A DNA stretch of 32,000 nucleotides, taken from the NCBI RefSeq assembly GCF_022865125.1, contig NZ_CP094828.1, positions 2,379,219 to 2,411,218 of the forward strand. Direction: 5' to 3'. The stretch's first letter is position 1; each line of letters starts with the position of its first letter. The notes below the pieces were generated by a model. That model ran no database searches. It worked only from the letters and a program-made list of their open reading frames with translations, and had not been told where the DNA came from. Of the stretch, positions 8,559-18,400 are shown piece after piece. The translations under genes and the position numbers were made by a program. The stretch comes from Acuticoccus sp. I52.16.1 (lineage in GTDB: Bacteria; Pseudomonadota; Alphaproteobacteria; Rhizobiales; Amorphaceae).

Positions 8559-8896
8559 CCACGAAGCCGTGGCGGCTGACGCGGCAGGCGGAGGCCTCGC
8601 TGACCGACATTGCTCGGTGGACGATCGACACCTTCGGAACCCGCCAGGCCGACGCGTACGAGGCCGATCTCATCGACCGCTGCACCGCGATCGCGAACGG
8701 CTTGGCGGTGTCACAGAGCTGCAGGGCGCTGATCGATCTTAACCTGCCCGAAGACCTGCGCTTCGCACGCGCCGGCCAACACTTCATCGTCTTCGTCGAG
8801 GACCCCGAGCAGGTGATCATCCTCGATTTCCTCCACGCCCGCAGTGACCTTCCCGCGAGGCTGGAGCGCTTGAACACTCGCTCCAGCGAGCGCTGA
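8555..8896 (+). CDS. parE: Type II toxin, RelE/ParE family.
   Basis: 113 aa, ..WRLTRQAEASLTDIARWTIDTFGTRQADAYEADLIDRC..HFIVFVEDPEQVIILDFLHARSDL, which is a ParE-like pattern. The GTG start overlaps the parD stop. Confidence 0.85.
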   Translation: MTTKPWRLTRQAEASLTDIARWTIDTFGTRQADAYEADLIDRCTAIANGLAVSQSCRALIDLNLPEDLRFARAGQHFIVFVEDPEQVIILDFLHARSDLPARLERLNTRSSER

Positions 8897-8913
8897 TCCC
8901 TTCAAGGAACCTC

Positions 8914-9345
8914 GTGTCGGCCCGTGAACACATCCTGCAGGCGCTGCTCGGCGCCCTGCAAACGATCTCGTCCGCCGCCGCGCTCCGCGGCGAAGTCCTG
9001 CCAGAGCGGGTGCCGCCGGACGACGGGCTGCTGATCCTCCGAGATGGCGATCCGGGCGACCCCGACGTGACGCTTTCGCCGCGGACCTACCACTACGAGC
9101 ACCGGGCGGAGGTCGAGGCTATCGTCGCGCCGCGCCAGCCGACCGACCGGGACGAAGCGCTCGACGATCTTCTCACCGCCCTCGGCACCGCGATCGCGGC
9201 GGACCGTACCCTCGGCGGCCTCTGCGACTGGATCGAGGCGAGCGCGCCGCGGCCGGTCGATCTCCCGGTCGAAGGCGCGCCGACGATGAAGGCGGCGATC
9301 GTCCCGATCACGCTGACCTACTCCACGGCCGACCCGCTCGGCTGA
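8914..9345 (+). CDS. Tail completion / tail terminator-like protein (gpU/DUF3168-like; family uncertain).
   Basis: 143 aa located directly upstream of the tail tube gene. GTG start at 8914 with AAGGAA upstream. The product call rests on position and size only. Confidence 0.5.
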   Translation: MSAREHILQALLGALQTISSAAALRGEVLPERVPPDDGLLILRDGDPGDPDVTLSPRTYHYEHRAEVEAIVAPRQPTDRDEALDDLLTALGTAIAADRTLGGLCDWIEASAPRPVDLPVEGAPTMKAAIVPITLTYSTADPLG

Positions 9346-9370
9346 ACCCTTTCGCACAAGGACAAACCCT

Positions 9371-10309
9371 ATGGCACGCGCGATTGGAGCGCGGGCGCAG
9401 ATGGCGCTCGCGTTCGAGAGCGTCTACGGCACCGCGCCCGCGAGCGGCTTCCACCGCATGCCGTTCGCGAGCTCGACGATCGGGTCGGAGCAGCCGCTGC
9501 TCAACTCCGAGCTTCTCGGCTACGGCCGCGATCCACTCCCGCCGGTGAAAGACGCGGTCACGGCTGACGGCGATGTCGTCGTCCCGATCGATGCCGAAGC
9601 CTGGGGCGTCTGGCTGAAAGGCGCGTTCGGCAGCCCAACCACAACCGGCACCGGCCCCTACACGCATGAGTTCCGGTCCGGCTCCTGGACGCTGCCCTCG
9701 ATGGCGATCGAGACGGCGATGCCGGACGTGCCGCATTTCGCCATGGCGACCGGCTGTGTCGTCGATCGCCTCACGTGGCAGATGCAGCGCTCCGGCCTGC
9801 TCACCGCCACCGTAGGCCTGATTGCGCAGGGCGAGGCGGTCGCATCGAGCACCGGCGCAGGCGCGCCGTCGGATTGGTCGCTGAAGCGCTTTGGCCACTT
9901 CGCCGGCTCGATCAGCCGTGACGGTTCTGCCCTCGGCAACGTCGTCTCGGCGGAGGTCACATACGCCAACAACATCGACCGCATCGAGACCATCCGCGCG
10001 GACGGTCGCATCGACGGAGCCGACCCGTCCATCGCCGCGCTCACGGGCCGGCTCGATGTCCGTTTCGCCGACCAGACCCTGCTCAACCAGGCGATCAACG
10101 GCACCGCCGCCGAGCTGACCTTCGCCTACACGCTCCCATCCGGAGAGAGCTTCGAGCTCGTCGCCCACGCCGTCTACCTGCCGCGCCCGCGGCTGGAGAT
10201 CTCCGGGCCGCAGGGCATCCAGGCGAGCTTCGACTGGCAGGCCGCGCGCGACCCCGTCGCCGGCCGCATGTGCACCGCAACCCTCGTCAACGACATTGAG
10301 GAATACTGA
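9371..10309 (+). CDS. Major tail (tube) protein.
   Basis: 312 aa located upstream of the chaperone and tape measure genes. The sequence resembles the roughly 310-aa 'phage tail tube protein' seen in alphaproteobacterial prophages of this layout; this is recollection, not a search. Confidence 0.7.
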   Translation: MARAIGARAQMALAFESVYGTAPASGFHRMPFASSTIGSEQPLLNSELLGYGRDPLPPVKDAVTADGDVVVPIDAEAWGVWLKGAFGSPTTTGTGPYTHEFRSGSWTLPSMAIETAMPDVPHFAMATGCVVDRLTWQMQRSGLLTATVGLIAQGEAVASSTGAGAPSDWSLKRFGHFAGSISRDGSALGNVVSAEVTYANNIDRIETIRADGRIDGADPSIAALTGRLDVRFADQTLLNQAINGTAAELTFAYTLPSGESFELVAHAVYLPRPRLEISGPQGIQASFDWQAARDPVAGRMCTATLVNDIEEY

Positions 10310-10746
10310 TGCTTCGTCTCGATCTTCATCGCGAGCCGTTCTGGCTCGACCTCGCCGCCGGCGTCCGTGTCTGCCTCGCACCGCTCACCACCGCGCTGAT
10401 GGTCTCTGCGCGCAACGACCCGGCCGTCCACGAGATGCCGGACGACGCGCCCGACGAGGACCGCGCGCTGGCTTACGCCAAGGCCATCGCGCGCCGCGCG
10501 CTTCTCGGCTGGGAGGGCGTCGGCGATGCCGATGGCGAGCCGGTCGACCCGACCTTCGACGGCATCGATGCGCTGCTCGATCTCTATCCCGTCTTCGAGG
10601 CCTTCCAGCTGAAGTACGTCAACAAGGGGCTCCTGCTCGACGCGGAAAAAAACGGCTCGCAGCCCTCGCCGAATGGCACTTCGGCGGCGGGCAAGAATAC
10701 TGCGACGCCTGCCCGTCGCCGTGCCAAGAGTGCCCGGGCCGCCTGA
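10309..10746 (+). CDS. Tail assembly chaperone, G-like (zero-frame product).
   Basis: 145 aa between the tube and tape measure genes. The ATG overlaps the tube stop (TGATG). The gene contains the A7 slippery run. Confidence 0.7.
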   Translation: MLRLDLHREPFWLDLAAGVRVCLAPLTTALMVSARNDPAVHEMPDDAPDEDRALAYAKAIARRALLGWEGVGDADGEPVDPTFDGIDALLDLYPVFEAFQLKYVNKGLLLDAEKNGSQPSPNGTSAAGKNTATPARRRAKSARAA

Positions 10747-10973
10747 ACCTGCCGCAGACGATCGAGGGCTGGCAGGTGTGGGATCTGGCCCAGCGCATGG
10801 GCGGGCAGGTTCGTGTCGTACCCCGCGGCGTCGTCGGCTGGGACATGACCGCGGCGCTCGCCATGGCTGAAGCGCTCGGCGTCAGCGCGCTTGCCGCCGC
10901 TGAGATGCTGCCGGCGCTGGAGGCCGCAGCGGTGACCGCCATCACCAAGCAGATCGGATCGGAGAATGGCTGA
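10309..10973 (+). CDS. Tail assembly chaperone frameshift fusion, GT-like, made by a -1 slip at 10647-10653.
   Basis: The -1 frame reads ..KRLAALAEWHFGGGQEYCDACPSPCQECPGRLNLPQTIEGWQVWDLAQRMGG...ITKQIGSENG and ends at 10973, overlapping the tape measure start at 10966. This geometry matches lambda G/GT. Confidence 0.5.
10647..10653 (+). promoter_or_regulatory. Candidate -1 programmed frameshift heptamer A_AAA_AAC.
   Basis: A run of seven A (10646-10652) in a very GC-rich genome, in X_XXY_YYZ phase with the chaperone frame. The -1 frame is open and has high GC3 from here to 10973. Confidence 0.55.
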
Positions 10974-13143
10974 AAAGCGCGTCAGCGTCCGCCTCGCTGC
11001 CGTCGGCGGACGCCAGGTGAAGGCCGAGCTGCAGGGCATCGGCGACACTGGCGGCAAGGCATTCGGCCGGCTCTCGCGCGAGATGGAGGCGGCGAATGCG
11101 CGAATGGCGTCGTTCGCCCGGGCGGCCAAAGTCGGTCTCACCGCAGCCGCGGCAGGGGCGACGGCCTCGCTCGGGCTCATCGTGCGGTCCGCCGCTGAAA
11201 GCGGCGCGCAGCTTCGCCAGTTCGTGCAGGTCGCTAACACCACGCCCGAGGGCTTCCAGCGTTGGTCGGGTGCCGCACGGACGGTCGGCATCGAGCAGGA
11301 GAAGCTCGCCGACATCCTGAAGGACGTGAACGACCGCGTCGGCGACTTCCTCCAGACTGGCGGTGGGCCGATGGCCGACTTCTTCGAGAAGGTCGCGCCG
11401 AAGGTGGGCGTCACCGCCGATCAGTTCGCGCGCCTGTCCGGTCCCGAGGCGCTGCAGCTCTACGTCGACACCTTGAAGCGTGCCGGCCTGTCGCAGCAGG
11501 AGATGACGTTCCACCTCGAGGCGATGGCCTCGGACGCGACGCGCCTTCTGCCGCTGCTGCGCGACGGCGGTGCGGAGATGCAGCGGCTCGGCGATCGCGC
11601 AACCGATCTGGGAGCCGTGCTCGATGCCGACGCGCTCAAGGCATTGCAGCGGACCGAGGTCGTACTCGACACGATGTCGCTGGTGATGGAGGGGCTGCGC
11701 AACCGGATCGCCGTCGTGGCGGCCCCGGCGGTCGAAGCGCTCGCTTCGGCCTTCGTCTCGCTGGCGTCGGCTGGCGGCATCGTTCGCACCGCCATCGAGA
11801 CCATCATCGGCAACCTCGGCCGGCTCGCGACGTACGCCGCCACGGCTGCAGCGTTCTTCGCCGGACGCTGGGTCGCGGGAATGGTGGCGGCTGCGGTATC
11901 AGTGCGCGGCTTGGCTACGGCACTGGTCGTCCTCAGTGGCGCGCTGATCCGGACCGGCATCGGCGCGCTGATCGTCGGGGCTGGCGAGCTGATCTACCAT
12001 TTCGGGCGCCTCGTCAGCAGCACGGGCGGCTTCGGCAACGCGCTATCGCTGCTCGGCGATGTGGCGACCGAGGTGTGGGAGCGCATCAAGGCGGGTGGCC
12101 GCGCGCTGGCGCTCGCGCTTCAGTCGGTCTGGGCGTGGATCGAGGCGGGCTGGCTCTCCGTCATGGAGCGGATCCAGAAGAGCTGGGCCGAGCTGCTGCA
12201 CCGCCTGGCCCGCGGGCTCGACGGGCTCCCCGGGTTCGACGAGACGACGCTGCGGGTCCATGGCGCCGCAGTCATGGCGACGTCGGGCTTCTACGAGCTC
12301 GAGCTCGCCGTCGGCGAGGCAGACAAGCGCGCAAAGGACTTGGCAGCATCCGCGTCGGAAGCCGCCAAGGCCGCCACCGCGCCGCTGACGTCCCTGGCAG
12401 CACTCGGACAGACCGCCGAGGCGGCCGGCGCCGACAGCGAGGCGTCGCTGGAGCGCGCGGCGAAGGCAGCGGAGAACCTGAAGGATGGCGTGGCACAGAC
12501 CGCCAAAGCGGCGAAGACCGCAAAGCGCGAGGTCGCCGAAACCGCCGAGGTGGCGAAGACCGGCTGGAGCCAAGCGCGGGACGCGCTGACCGACTACGCC
12601 AAGCAGGCCATGGCGCTAGGCAGACAAGTCGGCGATACGCTGGTCAGCGCGTTCCGTAGCGCCGAGGAGGCGTTCGCCGAGTTCGTTCGGACGGGCAAGA
12701 TCGACTTCCGCAGCCTCGTCAGCTCGATGCTCGTCGACATGGCGAAGGTGGCGGCGCAGCGGTTCATCTTCGGGCCGCTCTCGAATGCGCTCTCGGCCGG
12801 TATCGGTCGCCTCGGTTCGGTGTTCGCCGGCGTTTTCCACGACGGTGGTATCGTTGGACGTCCGGGACCGATGCGACTCGCGCCGTCCGCTGCGTTCGCT
12901 GGAGCGCATCGGTATCACGCCGGCGGTGTCGCCGGGCTGCGGCCCGACGAGATGCCGGCGATCTTGCAGCGCGGAGAGCGAGTGCTTTCGCGTCGCGAGA
13001 CGGCGGCGCTCGATCGGGAGCGTGGAGCGGGCGGCGTGAACGTCACCATTGTCGCCAAAGACGCGGAGAGCTTCCGCCAGTCGCGCACGCAGGTCGCCGC
13101 GGACGTCGCTCGCGCGGTGGCGCTTGGACGGCGGGGGCTTTGA
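10966..13143 (+). CDS. Tail tape measure protein.
   Basis: 725 aa. The N-terminal region (LADILKDVNDRVGDFLQTGGGPMADFF..LEAMASDATRLLPLL) is lambda-H-like. There are central hydrophobic segments and an Ala/Lys/Glu-rich helical stretch. The C-terminus is FHDGGIVG..YHAGGVAGLRPDEMPAILQRGERVL. Confidence 0.9.
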   Translation: MAEKRVSVRLAAVGGRQVKAELQGIGDTGGKAFGRLSREMEAANARMASFARAAKVGLTAAAAGATASLGLIVRSAAESGAQLRQFVQVANTTPEGFQRWSGAARTVGIEQEKLADILKDVNDRVGDFLQTGGGPMADFFEKVAPKVGVTADQFARLSGPEALQLYVDTLKRAGLSQQEMTFHLEAMASDATRLLPLLRDGGAEMQRLGDRATDLGAVLDADALKALQRTEVVLDTMSLVMEGLRNRIAVVAAPAVEALASAFVSLASAGGIVRTAIETIIGNLGRLATYAATAAAFFAGRWVAGMVAAAVSVRGLATALVVLSGALIRTGIGALIVGAGELIYHFGRLVSSTGGFGNALSLLGDVATEVWERIKAGGRALALALQSVWAWIEAGWLSVMERIQKSWAELLHRLARGLDGLPGFDETTLRVHGAAVMATSGFYELELAVGEADKRAKDLAASASEAAKAATAPLTSLAALGQTAEAAGADSEASLERAAKAAENLKDGVAQTAKAAKTAKREVAETAEVAKTGWSQARDALTDYAKQAMALGRQVGDTLVSAFRSAEEAFAEFVRTGKIDFRSLVSSMLVDMAKVAAQRFIFGPLSNALSAGIGRLGSVFAGVFHDGGIVGRPGPMRLAPSAAFAGAHRYHAGGVAGLRPDEMPAILQRGERVLSRRETAALDRERGAGGVNVTIVAKDAESFRQSRTQVAADVARAVALGRRGL

Positions 13144-13769
13144 TGGCGTTCCACGAGGTCCGCTTCCCCGAGGACATCAGCCGCGGCGCGCGCGGCGGAC
13201 CGCAGCGGCGCACGCAGATCGTCGAGCTGGCTTCTGGCGCCGAGGAGCGCAATGCCAGCTGGGCCAACTCGCGGAGGCGCTATGACGTCGCCTACGGCAT
13301 CCGCCGCGTCGACGACCTCGCTGCTGTCGTCGCGTTCTTCGAGGCACGCAACGGACGGCTCTATGGCTTCCGGTTCAAGGACTGGGCGGACCACAAGTCC
13401 TGCACGCCGTCTGGGACACCCGGGCCCACCGATCAGCTGATCGGCATCGGCGACGGCGAGCAGACCGAGTTGCAGCTGACGAAGGCGTACGCGTCCGGCG
13501 GCCACAGCTGGGTCCGTGCGATCACCAAGCCAGTGTCCGGGACGGTCCGCATTGCCCTCAATGGCGCCGAGCAGATGAACGGCTGGTCCGTGGATGCCGG
13601 CACCGGGATCGTCACATTCGCCCCCGCGCCAGCCGACGGCGTCGCCATCCGCGCCGGCTTCGAGTTCGACGTACCCGTCCGTTTCGACACTGACACTTTC
13701 GACGTGACCCTCGACATCGAGCGGCTCGGCTCGATCACCTCCATCCCGCTCGTGGAGCTCCGCCGATGA
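13143..13769 (+). CDS. Distal tail protein, DUF2460 / RcGTA g12-like.
   Basis: MAFHEVRFPEDISRGARGGP..RNASW..RRYDV is the characteristic DUF2460 N-terminus. The ATG overlaps the tape measure stop (TGATG). The tracked ORF starts 3 nt earlier at a TTG. Confidence 0.85.
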   Translation: MAFHEVRFPEDISRGARGGPQRRTQIVELASGAEERNASWANSRRRYDVAYGIRRVDDLAAVVAFFEARNGRLYGFRFKDWADHKSCTPSGTPGPTDQLIGIGDGEQTELQLTKAYASGGHSWVRAITKPVSGTVRIALNGAEQMNGWSVDAGTGIVTFAPAPADGVAIRAGFEFDVPVRFDTDTFDVTLDIERLGSITSIPLVELRR

Positions 13770-14650
13770 AGGCGATCTCACCTGAACTGCAGGCCCATCT
13801 CGACGAGGGCACGACGACGCTCGCTTGGTGCTGGTGCATCGTCCGGTCCGACGGCGAGACGTTCGGCTTCACCGACCACGATCGCACACTGACCTTCGAC
13901 GGCACGGCCTTCGAGCCAGAGAGCGGTCTGACCGCATCTGAGATCCGATCCGGCTCCGACCTGTCGGTCGATGCGCAGGACGCCGAGGGTGTGCTGACGT
14001 CCGACCGGATCACCGAGACCGACATTCTGGACGGACACTGGGACAACGCGGCCGTCGAGGTCTGGCGGGTGAACTGGGCGGATGTCAGCCAGCGCGTCCT
14101 GATGCGTCGCGGCTCCGTCGGCCAGATCCGGCGCGGCCGTCTCGCGTTCGTCGCCGAGGTGCGCTCGCTCGCCCACGTCCTTGGCCAGACCGTCGGCCGG
14201 ACGTACCAGGCTACCTGCGACGCTGCGCTCGGCGACGCGCGGTGCCGCGTGGATCTCGACGAGGCCGCCTACCGCGGATCGGGGGCCGTGGTTGATCGCC
14301 TGCGCGACCGAGCCTTCACGGCCTCGGGAATCGGCGCGTTCGAGGTGGGCTGGTTCGTCCACGGCACGGTCCGATGGACCAGCGGTGCGAACGCAGGGCG
14401 CCTAGCGGAGATCATCGCCCACGATGTGACCGAAGGGCTCGTGACGATCACGATGCTCGAGGCGCCGGTGCGCGGCATCGCCGAAGGCGACGCGTTCGAG
14501 ATCCGCGCCGGCTGCGACAAGCACATCGCCACCTGCGCGGCGAAGTTCGCCAACGTCGCGAACTTCCGCGGCTTCCCCTACATCCCTGGGCAGGACACCG
14601 TGGTCCGCTACGCCACCACCGACGGCGGCCACGAGGGCGGCGTTCTGTGA
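13766..14650 (+). CDS. Baseplate hub protein, DUF2163 / RcGTA g13-like (BR0599-type C-terminus).
   Basis: 294 aa: LQAHLDEGTTTLAWCW.I.R.DG..FGFTDHD..L.FDG..F, and C-terminal CDK...TC..KF.N..NFRGFP.IPG. The ATGA overlaps the upstream gene. Confidence 0.85.
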   Translation: MKAISPELQAHLDEGTTTLAWCWCIVRSDGETFGFTDHDRTLTFDGTAFEPESGLTASEIRSGSDLSVDAQDAEGVLTSDRITETDILDGHWDNAAVEVWRVNWADVSQRVLMRRGSVGQIRRGRLAFVAEVRSLAHVLGQTVGRTYQATCDAALGDARCRVDLDEAAYRGSGAVVDRLRDRAFTASGIGAFEVGWFVHGTVRWTSGANAGRLAEIIAHDVTEGLVTITMLEAPVRGIAEGDAFEIRAGCDKHIATCAAKFANVANFRGFPYIPGQDTVVRYATTDGGHEGGVL

Positions 14651-15048
14651 CAGCACCGAGCCGGACGATCTGGGATGCGCTCGTCGCTCTCGCAGCGACA
14701 GCGCTTGACGTTCCGGTCGCTGAGGTGGGTGGACCAACGCGGGGTCCGGCGCGCGCTGCGCTCGCCCGGCAGCTCGCATTCTACCTCGCCGTCACGACAC
14801 TCGGGTGGACCGCGTCAGTTGCCGCACGTGTCGGCGAGCGCGACCGTGCCTCCGTGAGGCATGCGCTGGCGCTCGTGGAGGATCGGCGCGACTGCCCGCG
14901 GTTCGATGCCATGGTCGAACGCCTCGAAGAGGCGGCGCTCGCGGTCGGAGGCTTGGCTGGGGTTGCTGACAGCGTGCCAGGTCTGCCGGTCATCGGCGCG
15001 AGGACCTCGCGAGCGTCCGCTATCCCTACGGGCACGGTCAGCCGATGA
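14647..15048 (+). CDS. Small HTH protein resembling DnaA domain IV (DnaA C-terminal DNA-binding domain).
   Basis: The GTG at 14647 overlaps the g13-like stop (GTGA) and its own stop overlaps the next start (ATGA). The core ARAALARQLAFYLAVTTLGWTASVAARVGERDRASVRHALALVEDRR follows the DnaA domain IV pattern (R-x-IA-x-aR-Q-x-A-M-Y-L...S...IG..fG.RDHsTV.HA...i). It is the internal part of tracked ORF 14374..15048. Confidence 0.6.
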   Translation: MTAPSRTIWDALVALAATALDVPVAEVGGPTRGPARAALARQLAFYLAVTTLGWTASVAARVGERDRASVRHALALVEDRRDCPRFDAMVERLEEAALAVGGLAGVADSVPGLPVIGARTSRASAIPTGTVSR

Positions 15049-15491
15049 CGGCCGCCACAGACTCCATGTGCGTCGTAGCAGCGGCGCGGTCGTGGCTCGG
15101 CACGCCATATCACGATCAGGCCAGCCTGAAGGGCGTCGGGTGTGACTGCCTCGGCCTCGCGCGCGGCGTCTGGCGGGAAGTCGTGGGGTCGGAGCCGTTC
15201 CCAATCCCGCCGTACAGCCGAGACTGGGGCGAGACCGGCCCGGTCGAGGTCCTGGCGGAGGGCGCCCGCCGGATGATGCCCGAGATCGATCCGGCATTCG
15301 CCGAACCGGGTGCGCTGCTTCTGTTCCGCATGCGCTCGTGCGCGATCGCGAAGCACGTCGGCATCATGACGGCGCCCGACCGCTTCGTGCACGGCTATGA
15401 GCGGCTCGGTGTGATCGAGCAGGCGCTGACCCCTGTCTGGCGGCGCCGCATCGCGTTCGCATTCCACTTCCCGGCTCGGGATTCTGGCTGA
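15045..15491 (+). CDS. NlpC/P60-family cell wall peptidase, RcGTA g14-like.
   Basis: 148 aa: ARSWLGTPYHDQASLKGVGCDCLGLARGVW (catalytic Cys context) and ..KHVGIM.. (His). It lies between the g13-like and g15-like genes. Confidence 0.85.
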   Translation: MTAATDSMCVVAAARSWLGTPYHDQASLKGVGCDCLGLARGVWREVVGSEPFPIPPYSRDWGETGPVEVLAEGARRMMPEIDPAFAEPGALLLFRMRSCAIAKHVGIMTAPDRFVHGYERLGVIEQALTPVWRRRIAFAFHFPARDSG

Positions 15492-18400
15492 TGGCGACAC
15501 TCGTTCTCGGCGCTGTCGGCACCGCCATCGGCGGCGCCGTCGGCGGGACCGTCCTCGGCCTTTCCGGCGCGGCCATCGGCGGCATCGTTGGGTCGACGGT
15601 CGGCTCTGTCATCGACAGCTGGCTCGTCTCGCAGCTGGCACCGACGCAGCGCATCGAAGGGGCGCGGCTCGACAGCCTGCGCATCACCTCGTCCACCGAA
15701 GGCGCCGTCATCCCGCGACTCTACGGCCGCATGCGGATCGGTGGCAACATCATCTGGGCAACCGACTTCCGCGAGGACACGGAGACGTCCATCCAGGGCG
15801 GCGGCAAGGGTGGAGGGCCGAAGGTCAAGACAACCGAGTACCTGTACTACGCATCGTTCGCCGTGGCGCTGTGCGAGGGACCGATCACCGGCATCGGCCG
15901 GGTATGGGCCGACGGCAAGCTGATGGATCTCGCTGACGTCACCTGGCGCTGGTACCCGGGCGACGAGACGCAGGAGGCGGATCCGTTCATCGCCACCACG
16001 ATGGGCGCCGAGCCGACGCCGGCCTACCGCGGCACCGCCTACGTGGTCTTCGAGGAGCTGGCGCTGGACCGATATGGCAACCGCCTGCCGCAGCTCTCGT
16101 TCGAGGTGTTCAGGCCCATCGCCGATCCCGACACCGCAGAGGGCTGCGTCGAGGCCGTCACGCTCATCCCGGCGTCCGGTGAGTTCACCTACGCGACCGA
16201 GCCGATCCGCAAGGGCGGCAACGGAGAGACCGTCGCCGAGAACCTGAACGCGCTCACCGACACGACCGACATCGTCGTCGCGCTGGATCGGCTGCAGGCA
16301 ATGGTCCCGGCGGTGAAGAGCGTGTCGCTCGTCGTCGCGTGGTTCGGCAACGACCTGCGGGCGGGCGAGTGTCAGGTGCGGCCCGGTGTTGAAGTCCCGG
16401 CGAAGGAAACGACGCCGCTCGCTTGGTCGGTGAATGGCATCTCGCGCCCCGAGGCGCACCTCGTCAGCCGGGACGATCAGGATCGGCCGGTTTACGGCGG
16501 CACGCCGGCCGACTTCGCCGTCGTCGAAGCGATACGAGAGATGAAGGCCCGCGGCCTTCGGGTGACGTTCTACCCGTTCATCCTGATGGACGTCCTGCGG
16601 GGCAACACACTGCCGAACCCCTACAGCGACAACGCCAGCGAGGTGGGGCAGCCGGCGTTCCCCTGGCGCGGGCGGATCACCTGCTCGCCCGCGACCGGAC
16701 ATGTCGGCAGCGTCGATCAGACCGCGGCAGCGGGCGCTCAGGTGGCGGCGATGTTCGGCAGCGCGGCAGTCAGCGACTTTGCGATTTCGGGCGACACGGT
16801 CAGCTGGACCGGAAGCGCGGGCGATTGGGGGCTTCGTCGCATGGTGCTGCACTACGCGCACCTCTGCGCGGTCGCCGGCGGTGTCGACACCTTCCTGATC
16901 GGCTCGGAGATGCGCGGGCTCACCACCATCCGGGATGGGGCAGCGAGCTTCCCCTCCGTCGATGCCTACCGACAGCTAGCATCTGATGTGCGATCGATCG
17001 TCGGCGCGGGCACAAAGGTGAGCTACGCCGCCGACTGGTCCGAGTACTTCGGCCATCAGCCCCCCGACGGATCCGGGGACGTCTTCTTCCACCTCGATCG
17101 ACTTTGGGCGGACGGCAACATCGACTTCGTTGGGATCGACAACTACGTCCCGCTTTCGGACTGGCGCGATGGCTTCGAGCACGCCGACGCCAACTCCGCC
17201 CCGGCGATCTACGATCGCGCGTACCTGCAGGCCAACATCGCCGGCGGCGAGGGCTTCGATTGGTACTACGCCAACGCTGCCGACCGCGCGGCGCAGATCC
17301 GCACGCCGATCACCGACGGCGCAGGCAAGCCGTGGGTCTTCCGCACCAAGGATCTCGAGGCGTGGTGGTCCAACGAGCACTTCGATCGCCCGGACGGGAC
17401 CGAAGCCGCTTCCCCGACGGATTGGATCCCGCGATCGAAGCCGATCCGCTTCACCGAGTTCGGCTGCCCGGCGATCGACCGCGGAACCAACCAGCCGAAC
17501 GTCTTCTTCGACCCGAAGTCGTCGGAGAGCTTCCTGCCGTACTTCTCGCGTGGTTGGCGGGACGATGCGATCCAGCGCGCCTACCTCGAAGCGACCGTCC
17601 TCTACTGGCTGGATCCGGCCAACAATCCGTCGTCGCCGGTCTACGCCGGCCCGATGGTCGACGTGCCGGAGAGCGCCGCATGGACGTGGGATGCCCGGCC
17701 GTACCCCTTCTTCCCGGAACTCGCGGACGTCTGGACCGACGGCGCCAACTGGCGGCTCGGGCACTGGCTGACCGGACGTCTCGGCTCCGTTTCGCTCGCT
17801 GCGCTGGTGCGGCACCTTTGCCTGCGCGCCGGCATGCCGGAGGAGCGCATCGACGTGTCCGGCCTCTGGGGTTCGCTCGAAGGCTACACGATCACGGCGC
17901 TGGAGAGCCCGCGGGCGTCGATTGGCATGCTCGCTCGGCACTTCGGCTTCGACGCGAACGAGAGTGAGGGCGTCGTCCGCTTCCTCATGCGCGGCCGGCA
18001 GGCGTCCGCGACCGTCGCGCCCGATGATCTCGTCGCGCCCGCGGAGGCGTCGGACGTGTTCGAGCTGACGCGCGGCCAGGAGACCGAGCTGCCGCAGGCG
18101 CTGAAGTGGCAGGTCGCACGGGCGGACGAGGACTATGATGGCGCGCTCGTCGAGGCGCGACGCGTCACTGTCGAGTCCGCGCGCATCGCGTCTGAAGCGT
18201 TCCCGATGGCGGTGCCGCCTGAGGAGGCTGAGCGGCGTTGCCGGCGCGCGCTGATGGAGGCATGGACCGGGCGCGAAGGCATCGTGCTGCGGCTGCCGCC
18301 GTCGCGTCTGGCGCTCGATCCGGCGGACGTCATCGCGCTCGAACACGACGGCCGGCGCATGGACTTCCGGATCGCGTCCATTGCCGATGCCGAGGCGCGT

